64,000 nt of DNA, taken from the NCBI GenBank assembly GCA_030141605.1, contig JAQGDQ010000345.1, forward strand, positions 124,001-188,000, written 5' to 3'. The position numbers and the translations under genes were made by a program. The number at the start of each line of letters is the position of its first letter. The stretch's first letter is position 1. The notes under the pieces are model-generated. The model saw only the letters and a program-made list of their open reading frames with translations. It was not told the DNA's origin and made no database searches. The stretch comes from Tubiluchus corallicola. Taxonomy: Eukaryota; Animalia; Priapulida. Below, one piece after another: positions 52,335 to 64,000 of the stretch.

Positions 52335-53975
52335 CAACTCCAGATAGTTACCATCCACGTATTTTAAATGAATGTAGAACTGTGCTTTTTAAGCCTATAT
52401 ACACCTTACTGGATAGGTCTTTTGCTGATTGTCAGTTACCTGGACAATGGAAGGTGGCACAGGTTACTCCCATTCATAAAAAAGGGGACAAGTCAGATCC
52501 ATCGATCTACAGGCCAGTTAGCTTACTAAATACAATTAATAAGGTGACAGAAAAAATCATGCGGAAACATATAATGAACCATCTGATAAGATACAACATT
52601 ATTTGTGAAGAACAACATGGGTTTGTTAAGGGTAGAACAACGGTTACCCAACTGTTACAATGTTACGATGCATGGTTTGAGTTAAAAGATGCTAATAAGC
52701 CTTTTGATATAATACTACTGGACCTGAAAAAGGCATTTGATGTTGTACCTCATCACTTTCTGTTTGCAAAACTTAAAAATTGTGGTATAACTGGTTCAGT
52801 TTTACAGTGGATAGTAAACTTCTTAGAAAATAGAAGTCAATGTACGTGTGTTGATGGTTACAAATCGACTGAGTCCTTGATTACTAGTGGTGTACCGCAA
52901 GGTTCGGTATTAGGTCCGTGTTTATTTGTGGTATTTATAAATGACTTGCCTAGTTGTGTGAGTAATTCTCTTTGTCTTTTTGCCGACGACAGCAAAATCT
53001 GGTCTGAATCTGATTCTTTTACCAGCTGTAATGATCTTCAATTGGATCTAGAAGGGCTCTGTGATTGGGCAGTTGAAAATGGTATGCAGTTCCATCCCAA
53101 CAAGTGTAAGGTTGTATCTGTGGGAGCAGGATATGAGTATAAATACAAAATGTATGATGCAAGTGGCATTCCGGCAGAATTTGACTTTAGTGCTTGTGAG
53201 AAAGACCTTGGATTATTACTTGATAATAAACTAAATTTTAAAGATCACATAGCAGAAATCATAAAGAGTGCCAAACGAAACAATGCTTTAATAAGGAGGA
53301 ATTTCAAGTACCTAGATCTGCAAACTTTCAAGCTTCTATATGTGGCACTTGTGCGATCAAAAGTGGAGTATGGAAGTAGTATTTGGAATAGTCCTAGGGC
53401 ATATATAGTGGACCCAGTCGAAACTGTCCAAATGAGAGCTTTCAACATGTTACCGGAACTAATGAACTTGACGTATGAAAGTCAGTTAAAACGAATAGGT
53501 TTAACTACATTAGCTTTTAGACGTTTACGTGGCCAACTAATTGATGTATACAAATATGTATCTGGAGTTTACAGCTGTGATGATTGTCCTGTTAAATTAG
53601 AAGTACATCGTACAGCAAGATCAGGTCCTATTCTTCATAAATCAAGAACTGCACACAAAACTGGTAAATACGACTATTTTTCTTGTACGATGCCAGAAAT
53701 CTGGAATAGATTGCCCTGTGATGTGAGAACAGCAACATCTGTAAATTTATTTAAATCAAAATTAGATAGACACTATGAACATCATCCATTGAAATTTAAT
53801 CACCGTGCTAATTGGAACATGCCTATAACAAGGATGCTGGATTACATATTAAAGTGAGAAAACTTGCCAGTGGAGTCACCTAGGTGTTGATGACAATCTA
53901 TTAAATGTGCAATTTGTCGCAATTACAGTCGAAGAACTATTTGTCTCAAAAGTTATATTATAACTACTGGAGATT

Positions 53976-54019
<44 letters not shown>
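52335..54019 (+). mobile_element. 5'-truncated CR1-clade LINE with uninterrupted RT-containing ORF2 remnant and (TAC)14 tail
   Basis: ORF 52382-53857: PIHKKGDKSDPSIYRPVSLL, QHGFVKGR, LDLKKAFDVVPH, SGVPQGSVLGP, FADDSK, EKDLG, RRLRGQLIDVYK, FKSKLD. The frame extends upstream as PDSYHPRILNE. Short 3'UTR, then (TAC)n at 53976-54019. Confidence 0.95.
52382..53857 (+). CDS. Reverse transcriptase domain ORF (truncated LINE ORF2, no endonuclease)
   Basis: 491-aa open frame containing the non-LTR RT motifs (FADD catalytic). It begins mid-ORF2, so it is probably not independently translated. Confidence 0.8.
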   Translation: MLFKPIYTLLDRSFADCQLPGQWKVAQVTPIHKKGDKSDPSIYRPVSLLNTINKVTEKIMRKHIMNHLIRYNIICEEQHGFVKGRTTVTQLLQCYDAWFELKDANKPFDIILLDLKKAFDVVPHHFLFAKLKNCGITGSVLQWIVNFLENRSQCTCVDGYKSTESLITSGVPQGSVLGPCLFVVFINDLPSCVSNSLCLFADDSKIWSESDSFTSCNDLQLDLEGLCDWAVENGMQFHPNKCKVVSVGAGYEYKYKMYDASGIPAEFDFSACEKDLGLLLDNKLNFKDHIAEIIKSAKRNNALIRRNFKYLDLQTFKLLYVALVRSKVEYGSSIWNSPRAYIVDPVETVQMRAFNMLPELMNLTYESQLKRIGLTTLAFRRLRGQLIDVYKYVSGVYSCDDCPVKLEVHRTARSGPILHKSRTAHKTGKYDYFSCTMPEIWNRLPCDVRTATSVNLFKSKLDRHYEHHPLKFNHRANWNMPITRMLDYILK

Positions 54020-54564
54020 AGTAATGGCGGCACTTGCACAATGCAATTTATTACGCAAATATGAAACTAACATTACATAGATTGGCAAGTACAAAAAGAA
54101 AATTATATACAGGTAGAACTAACGATTACAATAAAAAATATTAAAAAACAGACGTACAATGTTGAATTTCATCAATTCACCTAGATAGCTGTAAATGTTT
54201 GAATAGACTTATTTCCATCAGATTCCTAGAAATCCTTATGCAGCTGATCAATCGTGCATAGGAGAATTTTCTCATTTTCGACATTACAAACTTCATTCTT
54301 CATATTTTATTTTTCATATCCCAAAACATTCATACGGCAGCTGCCATGACAAATGATTATGGCTGCATGATTAAATTCAGTGGTTTCTCACGACCAAACC
54401 ATAACAAATGAAAAAAATCGCAATGTGATTCGAGTGTGGGCACTCTAGATCCAAGGGCTATGCTAATAATTCTATCAATATTAGTGTAACTTGTTCCTAT
54501 AAATCCACATCATAACGGACCAGTGCCCGCATCTACGGAATATATTTACAGAATTATTGTATCT

Positions 54565-55439
54565 ATTGCGATTGCGACTGCGATTGCCATACTCGACTCT
54601 CTCCACCTATCATAGGCGGGCACCTTTATAGGGTGCAAAGTCTATTATTCTTTAACGCTGATCTTTTATTTGTCTTTTCCAAGTCTAATGTCTTTATTTG
54701 TCTTTATCCTGTATTCCATACATTCGTTCACTAGATTTCTAATTTCTAGCAATCCTTCCTTTTCACTGTTCATTAATACATCTGAGTTCAAAATTTTTTC
54801 CATTCTCCATATCTGTAACATCTAAGCATATGTTCAGTAGTGTCATCATCTTCCTCACACACTGGGCATAATAACTGATCCTTAAACTCATTCTTGTAGT
54901 TCCCCTTAACTTTAATCATATTCAGTCTTATTTTCAATATATCTTTAACCTCTTCTGGCTTGCATGTGTCTATGTAATTTTGTCGTTTCCACTCCTTATG
55001 CCTTTAAAAACTTAATTTAGTGCTGCTCCTGCATTTTTCTGCACATTCGCTCTTTATACAACATTCAATCTTATTCTTTATTTCTTTCTTCCATTCAGAC
55101 TTTTTCATGACTTTCACCCTTTCTTTATTAGCATCTACGGTATATATTTTTGCAGTCTCAAATACTTCATTATACCATGACCTTTTGTGTACACTGTTTA
55201 TTTGCATTTCGAGTATCTGTGATGCTAATCTCTTTTGTTTACTAATCAGTAAATTCCGATAGAACATCAACCTCCTATAGTTTACTTTATGTTTTAGAGG
55301 CCATATGCCTTTTTTCAGTTACTAATCCCCAGTATGGCGTTGATTCACTAAGATTAAATAATGTTTTTAACGCATTTGCTTGAATCATTTCTAATTTCTC
55401 TCAATCAGTTGCTGTCAAATTTGACCATGTCTCAGAACT
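54565..55439 (-). mobile_element. Decayed Proto2-like LINE 3' fragment, copy 2 (inverted relative to 17339-18148)
   Basis: The reverse complement aligns along its length with 17339-18148 (KSEWKKEIKNK, CAEKCRSSTKL, CPVCEEDDDTTEHMLRC, same 3'UTR). Tail (ATCGCA/GTCGCA)n. Confidence 0.88.
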
Positions 55440-56799
55440 GTGATAGGAATTCTTCAAAGAAATTTGAAACATTGTCCAAAAGCTGTCAAAGACTCTGCTT
55501 ACAAATCGATATTAAAACCAAAATTAAAACAGTCTTCTTCGGTATGGTAATCCAAACAGAAGCAATAGCATTTTGAAGCTTGAGCGAGTGCCATATAGAT
55601 CAAAAAGATTTGTGTGCAATTATATCACAGAGCTGTTAGTGTAACATTTATGATAGATTCTCTGGAGGGCCAAGCTTAGAACGGCAACGTTTGTGCATAG
55701 TTCAGGGAATCTTATAAGTTCATGTAGGTATTAATAGTGAGTTACCAGAGCTACCGGGTAAGGTCGAAATTCACATCAGTACAAGCTTCAGCGCTATAGC
55801 AGTCCAACAAAGATTGTTTCAAATATTCAATAATTTTGACCATGTTGAGTTATCCAGTGGATAATCTATCTTCACATATTGTGCAAATCTTGACCACAGT
55901 GAAGATTAGAATAGCAATACAAGAGTTTGACCTGATTGGATAGAAATCGTATCAATGTGCATTAGAAAGTGCTATTTCGTTGCGCATGTACGCTACAATA
56001 ATATTCCTAATGGAGAGTTGCAGTATCTACATTCAGATTCAGAGAATATAGAATATAAGTTGATGACATAGCAGGATGGGAGTAATGAACAAATAAACAG
56101 GATTGAACGTGTCTGCGAGTAGTATATTTTGAAAAAAAGAAAAATATATTTTTGGCGTCAAGAAATCTCATGCTAAAACTGGTTAATGGAAAACAAAACA
56201 TTTTTGCATTAAATGATTAAGTATTAGTAAGAGAAAGAAGTGAAGAAATTTCAGAAACAACTTGGTATAAGTACTCAAGTGAAAACATAGAAAAAAATGG
56301 CAAAACAAGATATTAATATAACAAATAGAGAAGTAAAAGTGTGTATATGATAAGAGAAGTTTAATTAATATGTAGAAATGTGAACCGAGTTTGAATATTA
56401 TAGCGATGGAAATGACATAGCATTTGTAGTTCATTACAGATGCATCTAATTTCTACTTTGTTTTGGAGAATTGAATTGAGTCAAATAAAATTTTTATTTG
56501 TCTCATACAAAGAAGAATATACAGCAAAGTGTTAGTGACAAAATAGTAATTAACAGGATCAAGAGATGGGGCAGAGAAAACCACACGGCCACCGAGCGTC
56601 CACCTCTCACTCATAATATAATGTGATAAAAGTGTAAGTTAGTGGCTAAAGGTGGCTAAAAAACATGCAGTCTGGGAGCAGAAAAAAATATCCCTGTGGG
56701 ACTTATACATGTCACATAATTATGTTGAATGTCTGATCCTGGATGCAGCAAAATTGCGAAACACAATTTCAGCTTCTGAGTTCTAAGCCTCAAAATGAG

Positions 56800-57960
56800 C
56801 CTGAGCAGTTTTGTGTAATTGGGAAAGAGGCTTTCACCATTTCGCCATTTGAATCGATCTTCCACTGAACACCAACGAAAGTTCTGGTGATTGCGCTTGT
56901 AACTTCCATTGACAATTAAATTAAAGCCTTTCATCCACCAACCTTGGCTGCCATTGGTTTCTTTTTATAGTACATAGTTTTGGCATTTTAAGCTGTAAAG
57001 GCGAGTTACCTTACCTTATGTTACCTTATGTTGTTTTGGCAAAGTTGTTCTAGCCAAATCGTGTATATATGCTCATATCCATATCCTCAAGGGAGGCCTT
57101 GTATTTGTAGACTATATCTTTCCCAGTCTAGTGCTTGTCCAACCTTCTCTTAAATACATTGACACTTGGTGCACAAATGATCGTTGTAGTACCACATCGT
57201 TGGGTAAACTATTACATGCATCTACAATTCGGTGCGAAAAATGATTCCATCCTATACACTTTTTTGATCTGAACTTATATATAACTTTAGTGGATGGCCT
57301 CTGGTGATTGATGTGGCCACCTGGGATCTCATTTTCAACTATGGGCTTACAGCTTTATCATTTATATTCGTTACGATCTTATAAGCCTCAATCATGTCAC
57401 CTCTCAGTTTCCTGCAAGCTAGTGTTGGCAATTTAAGGAACTTTAGACTTTAGTTACTAAGCTTTCTTGTCGCATATCTTTGTACTTGTTCTAGCTGATC
57501 TACATATTTGACCATTGGTGGGTGCCATACTGAGCTTGAAAACTCAGATGAATATACTATTTGTCAAAGTAGTAAAAGCTCTAGTTATTATCTCCACCAT
57601 CTTCTTAGCTTTGCTTATCTTTTCCTGGATGTGATGTTCAAATGTGAGCAACCTATGAAAAATAATTTCACCATCAAGAATCAACCTTTGAAGGCATGGG
57701 ATCAAGAATTTTTTTGCTAGAAAACTTAAAATTGTCGGAGTTAAAATCTTCGCCAACCACCACCTATCACCACACATGCATACATTTGCCGGTGCCAATG
57801 TGAAAACCATGGTTATGGTTTAATAATATACTGCTTAACAAGTTAAGTTAATTAATATACTGCTTAACAACAGAGTGAGACTATAGGCATGGTTCTGCAA
57901 GGCTAGTGTTCACTACATCAATCATAAGTTTTGTCAATATCAATCATAATTTATAGGGTG
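56800..57960 (-). pseudogene. Probable decayed fibrinogen-related domain (FReD) coding remnant interrupted by a CR1 fragment
   Basis: With frameshifts, the minus strand gives KLMIDV...GFHIGTGKC..CGD...NSDNFKFSSK [CR1 insertion] LCTIK/ETNGSQGWWMKGFNLIVNGSY.../FVGVQW. This follows the FReD order LxID..GD..NGMxFSTxD..C..GWW..NLNGxY..GIxW. Confidence 0.45.
57005..57712 (-). mobile_element. Decayed CR1-like LINE 3' fragment with TAAGG-type tail
   Basis: Minus-strand peptides HIQEKISKAKKMVEIITRAF, QLEQVQRYATRKL, RKLRGDMIEAYKIV, HFSHRIVDACNSLP and SVNVFKRRLDKH. Tail AACATAAGGTAACATAAGGTAAGGTAAC. Confidence 0.8.
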
Positions 57961-58429
57961 CAGTGGTGTCCGAAATAGCACTACCTCATGGGGCTCAAGT
58001 GAGTTGAGCACGTAGGCCCTCAAATATGCAACCAAATGGGGCCCAATTGTACCATGCACGTGCTTGCTGTCTGGGGTAATGTACGTTCATCGGCTAATGT
58101 CAGCTATCCAGTTTTTTACACTCAAATTAGGTCATGTGACCTAGACTGGCTTCTTATAGAATGTGTAAAATATTTATGTAGTATTTATACAATTTACACA
58201 GTAGTACTTATAAAATATAATATAAGTACAAGACAATAATTGAAAAAAATTTAAATGCCCTAATATTACCCTAATATACCTTATTGGCTAATGGCCACAT
58301 GCTATTCTCTACTTTAGTGACATATGTATGATGAGTGGTTTTAATTAGACTAAGTAAATTTACAACAATGATATAGTAAAAAGTATTAGTAAAAGCTAGT
58401 AACTACTTTCCAGTTTCTACATCTTTGAC

Positions 58430-58810
58430 GTAGGTTACCGTGTGCTCGCACCTTTTGCTCCGAAAAAGATAACGACTGTCAAAAAGGTTTGCAAAGTATA
58501 AAAAGTTTCGTATGTTGCTGAAACGAAATTACTTGCAGAAAAGTGAAATTTTGGAAATTTGCGGGTCATAACGGTAAAGCCTCTAATAATAATTGTAACT
58601 ACTTTTATACTGGTCACATTTTAAACAAATGACCACTTTTCCGTGTTTGTGTATCACTTTCGGTTAGATTTAAGGCATGATATTTATTATTTAATTTTGT
58701 ATGGAGTTCATCCGTGTAACAGCCTCCCTGCAATTGTTTTTGAGGCAACAAGCACCGATCAGTTTAAGGAAAGTATGATAAGCACTGGTCGCATAATCCA
58801 AGTAAATTCA
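58430..58810. promoter_or_regulatory. Candidate shared bidirectional promoter and 5'UTR exons for PDZD8 (-) and KPNA (+)
   Basis: Both CDS-start exons are preceded by splice acceptors (~52114 on minus; 63343-44 on plus). This CpG-retaining patch has a minus-strand donor GTAACC (~58433-38) and plus-strand GT candidates near 58772-58802. Inference only. Confidence 0.3.
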
Positions 58811-59939
58811 GAGTCCCAATGATTTTCAATGGGAACAAAATATTCTAATGGGTGCTTGATGAAAATGGCACAGGTTAAGTTGGCACAAGTAAAAATCACA
58901 GGAAAAAAGGGCACAAAAAAGAGTGCACCTATAAAATATGAGTTTATGGTTAGGGTCACTCTTATCGATAATTATTTTTACCTCTACCATGGCAGTTATG
59001 TTTCAATATTGTTTGTTTGATTGTTTTTTTCTGTTACATAGCAATGAGCAAAACTTACAGATTTCCATGAAACTTTGAGGATAAAGGACAAGGAATATGC
59101 ATTTTGACACAGAATCGTAGACACAGGGAGTTGATGAAAACTGCCATAATGGCCATTTTTTCACCCATTTTTTTCACAGAACTTGACGGAACACCATGTA
59201 CAAAAACACATGGGCGTTTTGTGGCGGTCTCATTGGAAAGATTATAGCTCGTTGGAAAGAGGATGATTTGACTTCAAGTTAGAGTAACTGAATCCTTTAT
59301 CACCACCAGGACAATCAACTACGAGTTTGTTCCAGGTTCCATTTCGAGAAATATCTGTCAGTCTGTTATCATCACCATAGGATTTAAAATGTAGTCAAAC
59401 CACACTAGGAATGTTTGTGCATTATTTAGTTACAGCAACATTAGTGAAGTTAAGTGGCAAATAGCACAAATGCTAATACCCCCACCAATGGATTTTGAAG
59501 TATGTGCAGTTTATAGGTCTGAAAACGTAAAAATATCATTTGTAGGTATTTATATTGAACGAAATGGAGTATTGAAAGTCTGTTTTTTGCATTTGTGTTC
59601 CATGATCCAGATAAGTAATATTGGTGACCTTGTGTTGCATGAGTCCATCAGACACGCATAATCGTAAGTTTAAATGTTAAAGATATGAAATATTATGTTG
59701 GACCTTGCTTATGCAAGTGCTTACTATGCTCTAGTACATTGCAGGATTGTTTGATTATACACCAATAAATTTTATGATTTATTATATATTCCGAAATTTG
59801 GTATTCGCTTTGTAAATATAAAACATATTTGCCTCCATTGTAAGACAATCATACCGCTAAACGGTTAAAGTTATTAATAGAAGTGGCCTTTAGTATATAA
59901 AGATACATATAATTAATGCATTTTTGAAACTGTCCTGTG

Positions 59940-60340
59940 TGGTTTGTAGTCTTACTGTAGTCTGTAGTCTTACTTAAGTTTTACTTCTGACCAGTAGGGA
60001 ATAATAGAGATCTATTGTATTTCACCTTTTGAGAACTGAGAAGCTATGTCAGATTGTTTGATGTTTGCTCATTTTTTTAAAAACATTAAAGTCAGCGACT
60101 CCTGGTGCAAGTATGATTTAAAGTGAGAAAAGTTTCATGGTTGATGTCAGTAAACCCACATAGGATGTTGAACAGCTGTACCAGTCTAACATGTCATGAG
60201 AAGAAAGTCGGCAGAGTCCAAGACATTGCTGTTTTTCGGTATAATGATAAATTGTCTAGTCCCTGGATCATATTGATTGCTGTTTCTTGTACTTGCACTT
60301 GTAAGGTGTTGATGTCTTTCTTTTCATTTTAAATTATAGG
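59940..60340 (-). mobile_element. Old CR1-like LINE 3' fragment
   Basis: Minus strand QVQETAINMIQGLDNLS...LPT...LFNIL resembles the CR1 motif VQRRATKMIPGLxxLSY..LPTL..FKIL. Short GACTACA repeats at the 3' end. Confidence 0.45.
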
Positions 60341-61049
60341 TTCCGTATCTGACATGCACAGTCTAAGTGTGGTCTAACAATAGACACATAAAGGGGTAGA
60401 ATAACATTAGATGCTGTTGATATGAGTGGTTTTGATATTAGTCTGAGTTGTTGGTTGCCTTTCTTCGCTTTACTGATAATATGAGATTATATGGTGACAG
60501 AAGTTAAGACTGGCTACAAAGATGAACTTAAAGTAGTATTGTTTGATATTGGTTTTTGCCGAATCGATACGATATTGCAAAAAATTACCTGATAAGTATT
60601 TTTTGTTTATGTGTGTGTCACCTGTAAATTCACCTGGAAGAACTGGATAAGGAGCATAGTTTTTGTTTGTAAGCCTACTCATTCCAGCTAATCCTAAATT
60701 TATACTACTTACACATTTAAGTATTGATGATGTATCTTATACTAACATTAATTTCATGTGCAACATATAGTTTAAGAAAAGTAAACTTAACCAAACACAA
60801 TGAAATTTGGTAGCTTAACACTGAGATTAAAGTTTCATTAAACTGAAATATATGCTGTTGAATTTAATTAACATCATTCTGATTTCCGACTCATTTTTGT
60901 AAAATTTAATTGTAAAATTCCAATTGATTTAGTTAAATTAGGAGCATCATGAATGAAATTCAACCTTATAAGTTAATGGCAATGTTGTTATATGAAACAA
61001 ATACAAAAAGGTTAGCACTTGAGCTTTAGCAAAATGAAGTGATAAATCA

Positions 61050-62000
61050 TTAATGATTAACAAATTCTTGAAATCAAGCAGCTATGTGTGAGTTTCATGC
61101 AGCCTGTATCTATAGGGTGTGTCATCAGCTGTGGCCAGACACATTTGACTGTTTAACAATAGGGCGTACTGGACGTATGATATCGGTATAGATTATATCG
61201 CACTGCAGACACACCTAGTTGTTCTTTATGTACTGCTATACTATCTGATATGTGTTTACCAGTCCAGCAACTATTTACAAATGTAGACACTACAGCACCC
61301 ATGCTTTTAAGCTGTAAAAATTGGTTATATCGATATATCGGGAACTGTCTGATTTTGCTAAATATCAGAGTATCAGATAACGCTAACCTAAAGACTACGT
61401 CTTGGTCAGCTGCTAGTAAAATATTATTGTTGAATCCACGTGAATGAGTTTGTATAATCATAATATTTTAGGTTAATATCAGGAAGTTGCAGTGTTTTTT
61501 ACTGCATAGAGGAAAATTACTACTGGACAATTTTATTTATCATACTGCATCTAGCTGTTTTACCTCAATTAGACATAGACTTGGGCTGCAGTTGCATTTG
61601 ACCATCCTCATGTCTTTTACCGATATGCAGTATTATTATTGCAAATGTTGATATGTTGATATTTGCTAGCCTTGTGTCTTCTAAGATGTCTGAATATGTT
61701 ATTTCCTAGCTGCTGACTAAGCTTTGTGAGCCAAACAATAAAGGGCTCCTTACTATAGCTCTAAGAAATTTTGTGGAACAGTATTTAAGATAAGACAAAA
61801 TTATGTTGCTAAGCAAGTTTTAAATCACTTGACTCCACGTGTTCTTGGTGGGCATATAAACTACTAATTAATACTTTGAGTGAGTGTATGACAATAACTT
61901 AAATAATGTTTGAAGATATCAACTGTATAAACAGTAGGAAGAAGTCCAACTTTTCAAATCTTCCTTTGGCTGTGTTTCTTTTTGCTGCAACTCCTATAGA
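61050..62000 (-). mobile_element. Highly degraded non-LTR retrotransposon C-terminal remnant
   Basis: QLGVSAVRYNLYRYHTSSTPYC...HETHT*LLD resembles the RLRLGxSxL..L...SPxC...ExxxHxLLxC zinc-knuckle end of LINE ORF2. Boundaries uncertain. Confidence 0.3.
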
Positions 62001-63456
62001 TACCTTATAGATACGTCTATAAAAATCTCTAGGCTCGATCCATCACCGGGACACCAACTTTTAGTCCCTGACACATTTGTAAGATTTTCCGCCTCTGTGT
62101 CACACATGAAGAAATTGACATTATTAAGACTATCGATACGTATATAAATGTAATAGTTTGTTGATTCGATTATCAAAATGTTTTAAGCAGGTGAATTCTT
62201 TGCAATTTTTTAGTCTTATGTTCTTATGTTACGTTGTTCTTCATATTATATATGGCAGATGATCGTACAATCTACAATACTTGAATTCACAGCTCAAAAG
62301 CTTTGTCATGAATTCCGCAAGTAATGGATGAGTGAACAGCCGAATGTCATTCATTTCCATTGACAATTGGAAAGTCAGTTCATTTGATTTCATATTTTTT
62401 CACTTGCACTTTCTTGTAAAGTTTTGCTTTTTTGTTAATCAGTTAAAAATGCATGTGCAGATGCTCTAAAAATGCATTTATTGTGACTGCAAGTAGAAAA
62501 TTTTAAAAAACACATTAACTGTCAATTATTAAAAATATTGCAAATTTGTCATATATGTCGTTTTCTGTCGTATGAAACACCCTTGCATAAAACCATATAT
62601 TAGATAATGATGAAACATGTCTGAGTTGTTGACAACCTCATGATGAGGAGGAAACACGCAATATTCCATATTTTAAGTATAGATAATATGTCCAAAGCTG
62701 TCTTGTGCAAAACCCTGTATTAGGTGAAGTAAAAAGCAAGCCTTACAAGTGTCATACAGGGAAAAATCTTATTTATTCTTGTTCTTTGCTTTCTATGTTA
62801 AGTTAATATTTTGATTTTTTTAGTTGTTACAAACACATCTCTCTGGCTTTCTGTTTCAAAATGTTGAATAGGAAGCGATGAGTGGCCATCACATTTGATT
62901 ATTGTTTAGAGTTCTCCAAACAGCTACAATGTGTTCTATAAACATTCTGTTTTGTTGTTTGAAAAAGAGAATGTTTTTGACTACCATATTGTACTAATTT
63001 ATTATGTATATAATATACACACACATATATATTTTAAAAGCACTTTGTATCTGACAATTTTAACAAAGAAAATGTATCAAAAACAAGTGGTGTAAAACAA
63101 TTAATGGGTTTAATTATTTGCTGATACCAGTATTAGCAGTGTGTAGCCTTTCTGGTGGGTGTAGTGCTGGCTATCACAAAATTCCTTCTGATACTAACAG
63201 CTCTGTGTTTTAGAAAGTTTTAGTCTAGATTGATCAGTGTAGAACTGTTGGTTTATTTGAAGCATTATGGCAGTGTAAAATCTGTGGAATCTGCAGGTTT
63301 TCTTAGCCATTAACGATTAATTGTTTTATTTCTTTTTTCTTTAGTAACAAAAAAAGAAACGAGCATTTCCTGCTGACCTGTTAGTGCAAAAATACCCACT
63401 GGCACATTGAGGTTTCACTATCCATATCTGATTTTCGATCTACTAGCCAAAATAAA

Positions 63457-64000
63457 ATGGAGAAGGATAAATTAAACATAACGAAAGGGCGGTTGCATCT
63501 TGTGAAAAACAAAGGAAAAGATCAGGATGAAATGAGAAGACGCCGCAGTGAAATTACAGTAGAATTACGAAAGAACAAGCAGTTTGAACACCTACTTAAA
63601 AGACGAAATGTGCTACTTCAAGAAGAAAGCAGTGACCTAGATTCAGACAATGATAAAACGGTTACACCAGCTACGTTAGAGACAATTATTCAAAATGCAA
63701 GCAGCGATGAACCTGGACTCCAGCTCAGTGCTGTGCAAGCAGCAAGAAAACTTCTATCAAGTGACAGAAACCCACCCATAGATGACCTGGTAAACTCCGG
63801 CATATTACCTATTTTGGTTCATTGTTTACAGTGTGATGATCAACCCTCATTACAATTTGAAGCAGCATGGGCGCTAACCAACATAGCATCTGGCACTTCT
63901 GTGCAAACACAGGCTGTTGTCAGTTCGGGTGCTGTTCCATTGTTTCTTCGTCTCTTGGCCTCGCCACATCAAAATGTCTGTGAACAGGCAGTTTGGGCTT
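63457..64000 (+). CDS. KPNA4: Importin subunit alpha, alpha3 clade (KPNA3/KPNA4-like), 3'-incomplete at window edge
   Basis: [52 protein letters not shown] (IBB domain), then [36 protein letters not shown]...[17 protein letters not shown]...[13 protein letters not shown] (ARM repeats). Open to the window end, so absent from the ORF track. Confidence 0.96.
   Translation, partial: MEKDKLNITKGRLHLVKNKGKDQDEMRRRRSEITVELRKNKQFEHLLKRRNVLLQEESSDLDSDNDKTVTPATLETIIQNASSDEPGLQLSAVQAARKLLSSDRNPPIDDLVNSGILPILVHCLQCDDQPSLQFEAAWALTNIASGTSVQTQAVVSSGAVPLFLRLLASPHQNVCEQAVWA

Noticed and set aside
52382-53857. Novel RT system (retron, DGR, group II intron)
   Set aside because: The motifs, 5' truncation and microsatellite tail are typical of a CR1-clade LINE.

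Overview
AT-rich, intron-rich eukaryotic (invertebrate animal-like) genomic DNA, not prokaryotic. Manual GT-AG splicing gives five protein-coding genes. (1) UNC50 (+, 587-4404, 5' coding exon not found). (2) An unrecognised ~433-aa gene (-, 14236-9728) carrying an exact histone H3 tail motif KQTARKS, two SUMO-consensus sites and a probable C-terminal coiled coil. (3) The copper chaperone ATOX1 (+, 22430-24229). (4) PDZD8 (-, 52019-28480; 22 coding exons, ~1055 aa, TM-SMP-PDZ-C2-C1-coiled coil). (5) The start of an importin-alpha3-clade gene (KPNA3/4-like; +, 63457 to window end) with no intron in the visible CDS. Introns and intergenic DNA hold a young 5'-truncated CR1-like LINE with an intact RT ORF, two inverted copies of a decayed Proto2-like LINE, older LINE remnants, a Tigger/pogo derivative, several MITEs, tRNA-derived SINE-like heads and a Helitron-like element with a higher-order GT-rich array. 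There is also a probable decayed fibrinogen-domain pseudogene split by a CR1 insertion. All calls come from reading the sequence and recalling families; no database searches were run.
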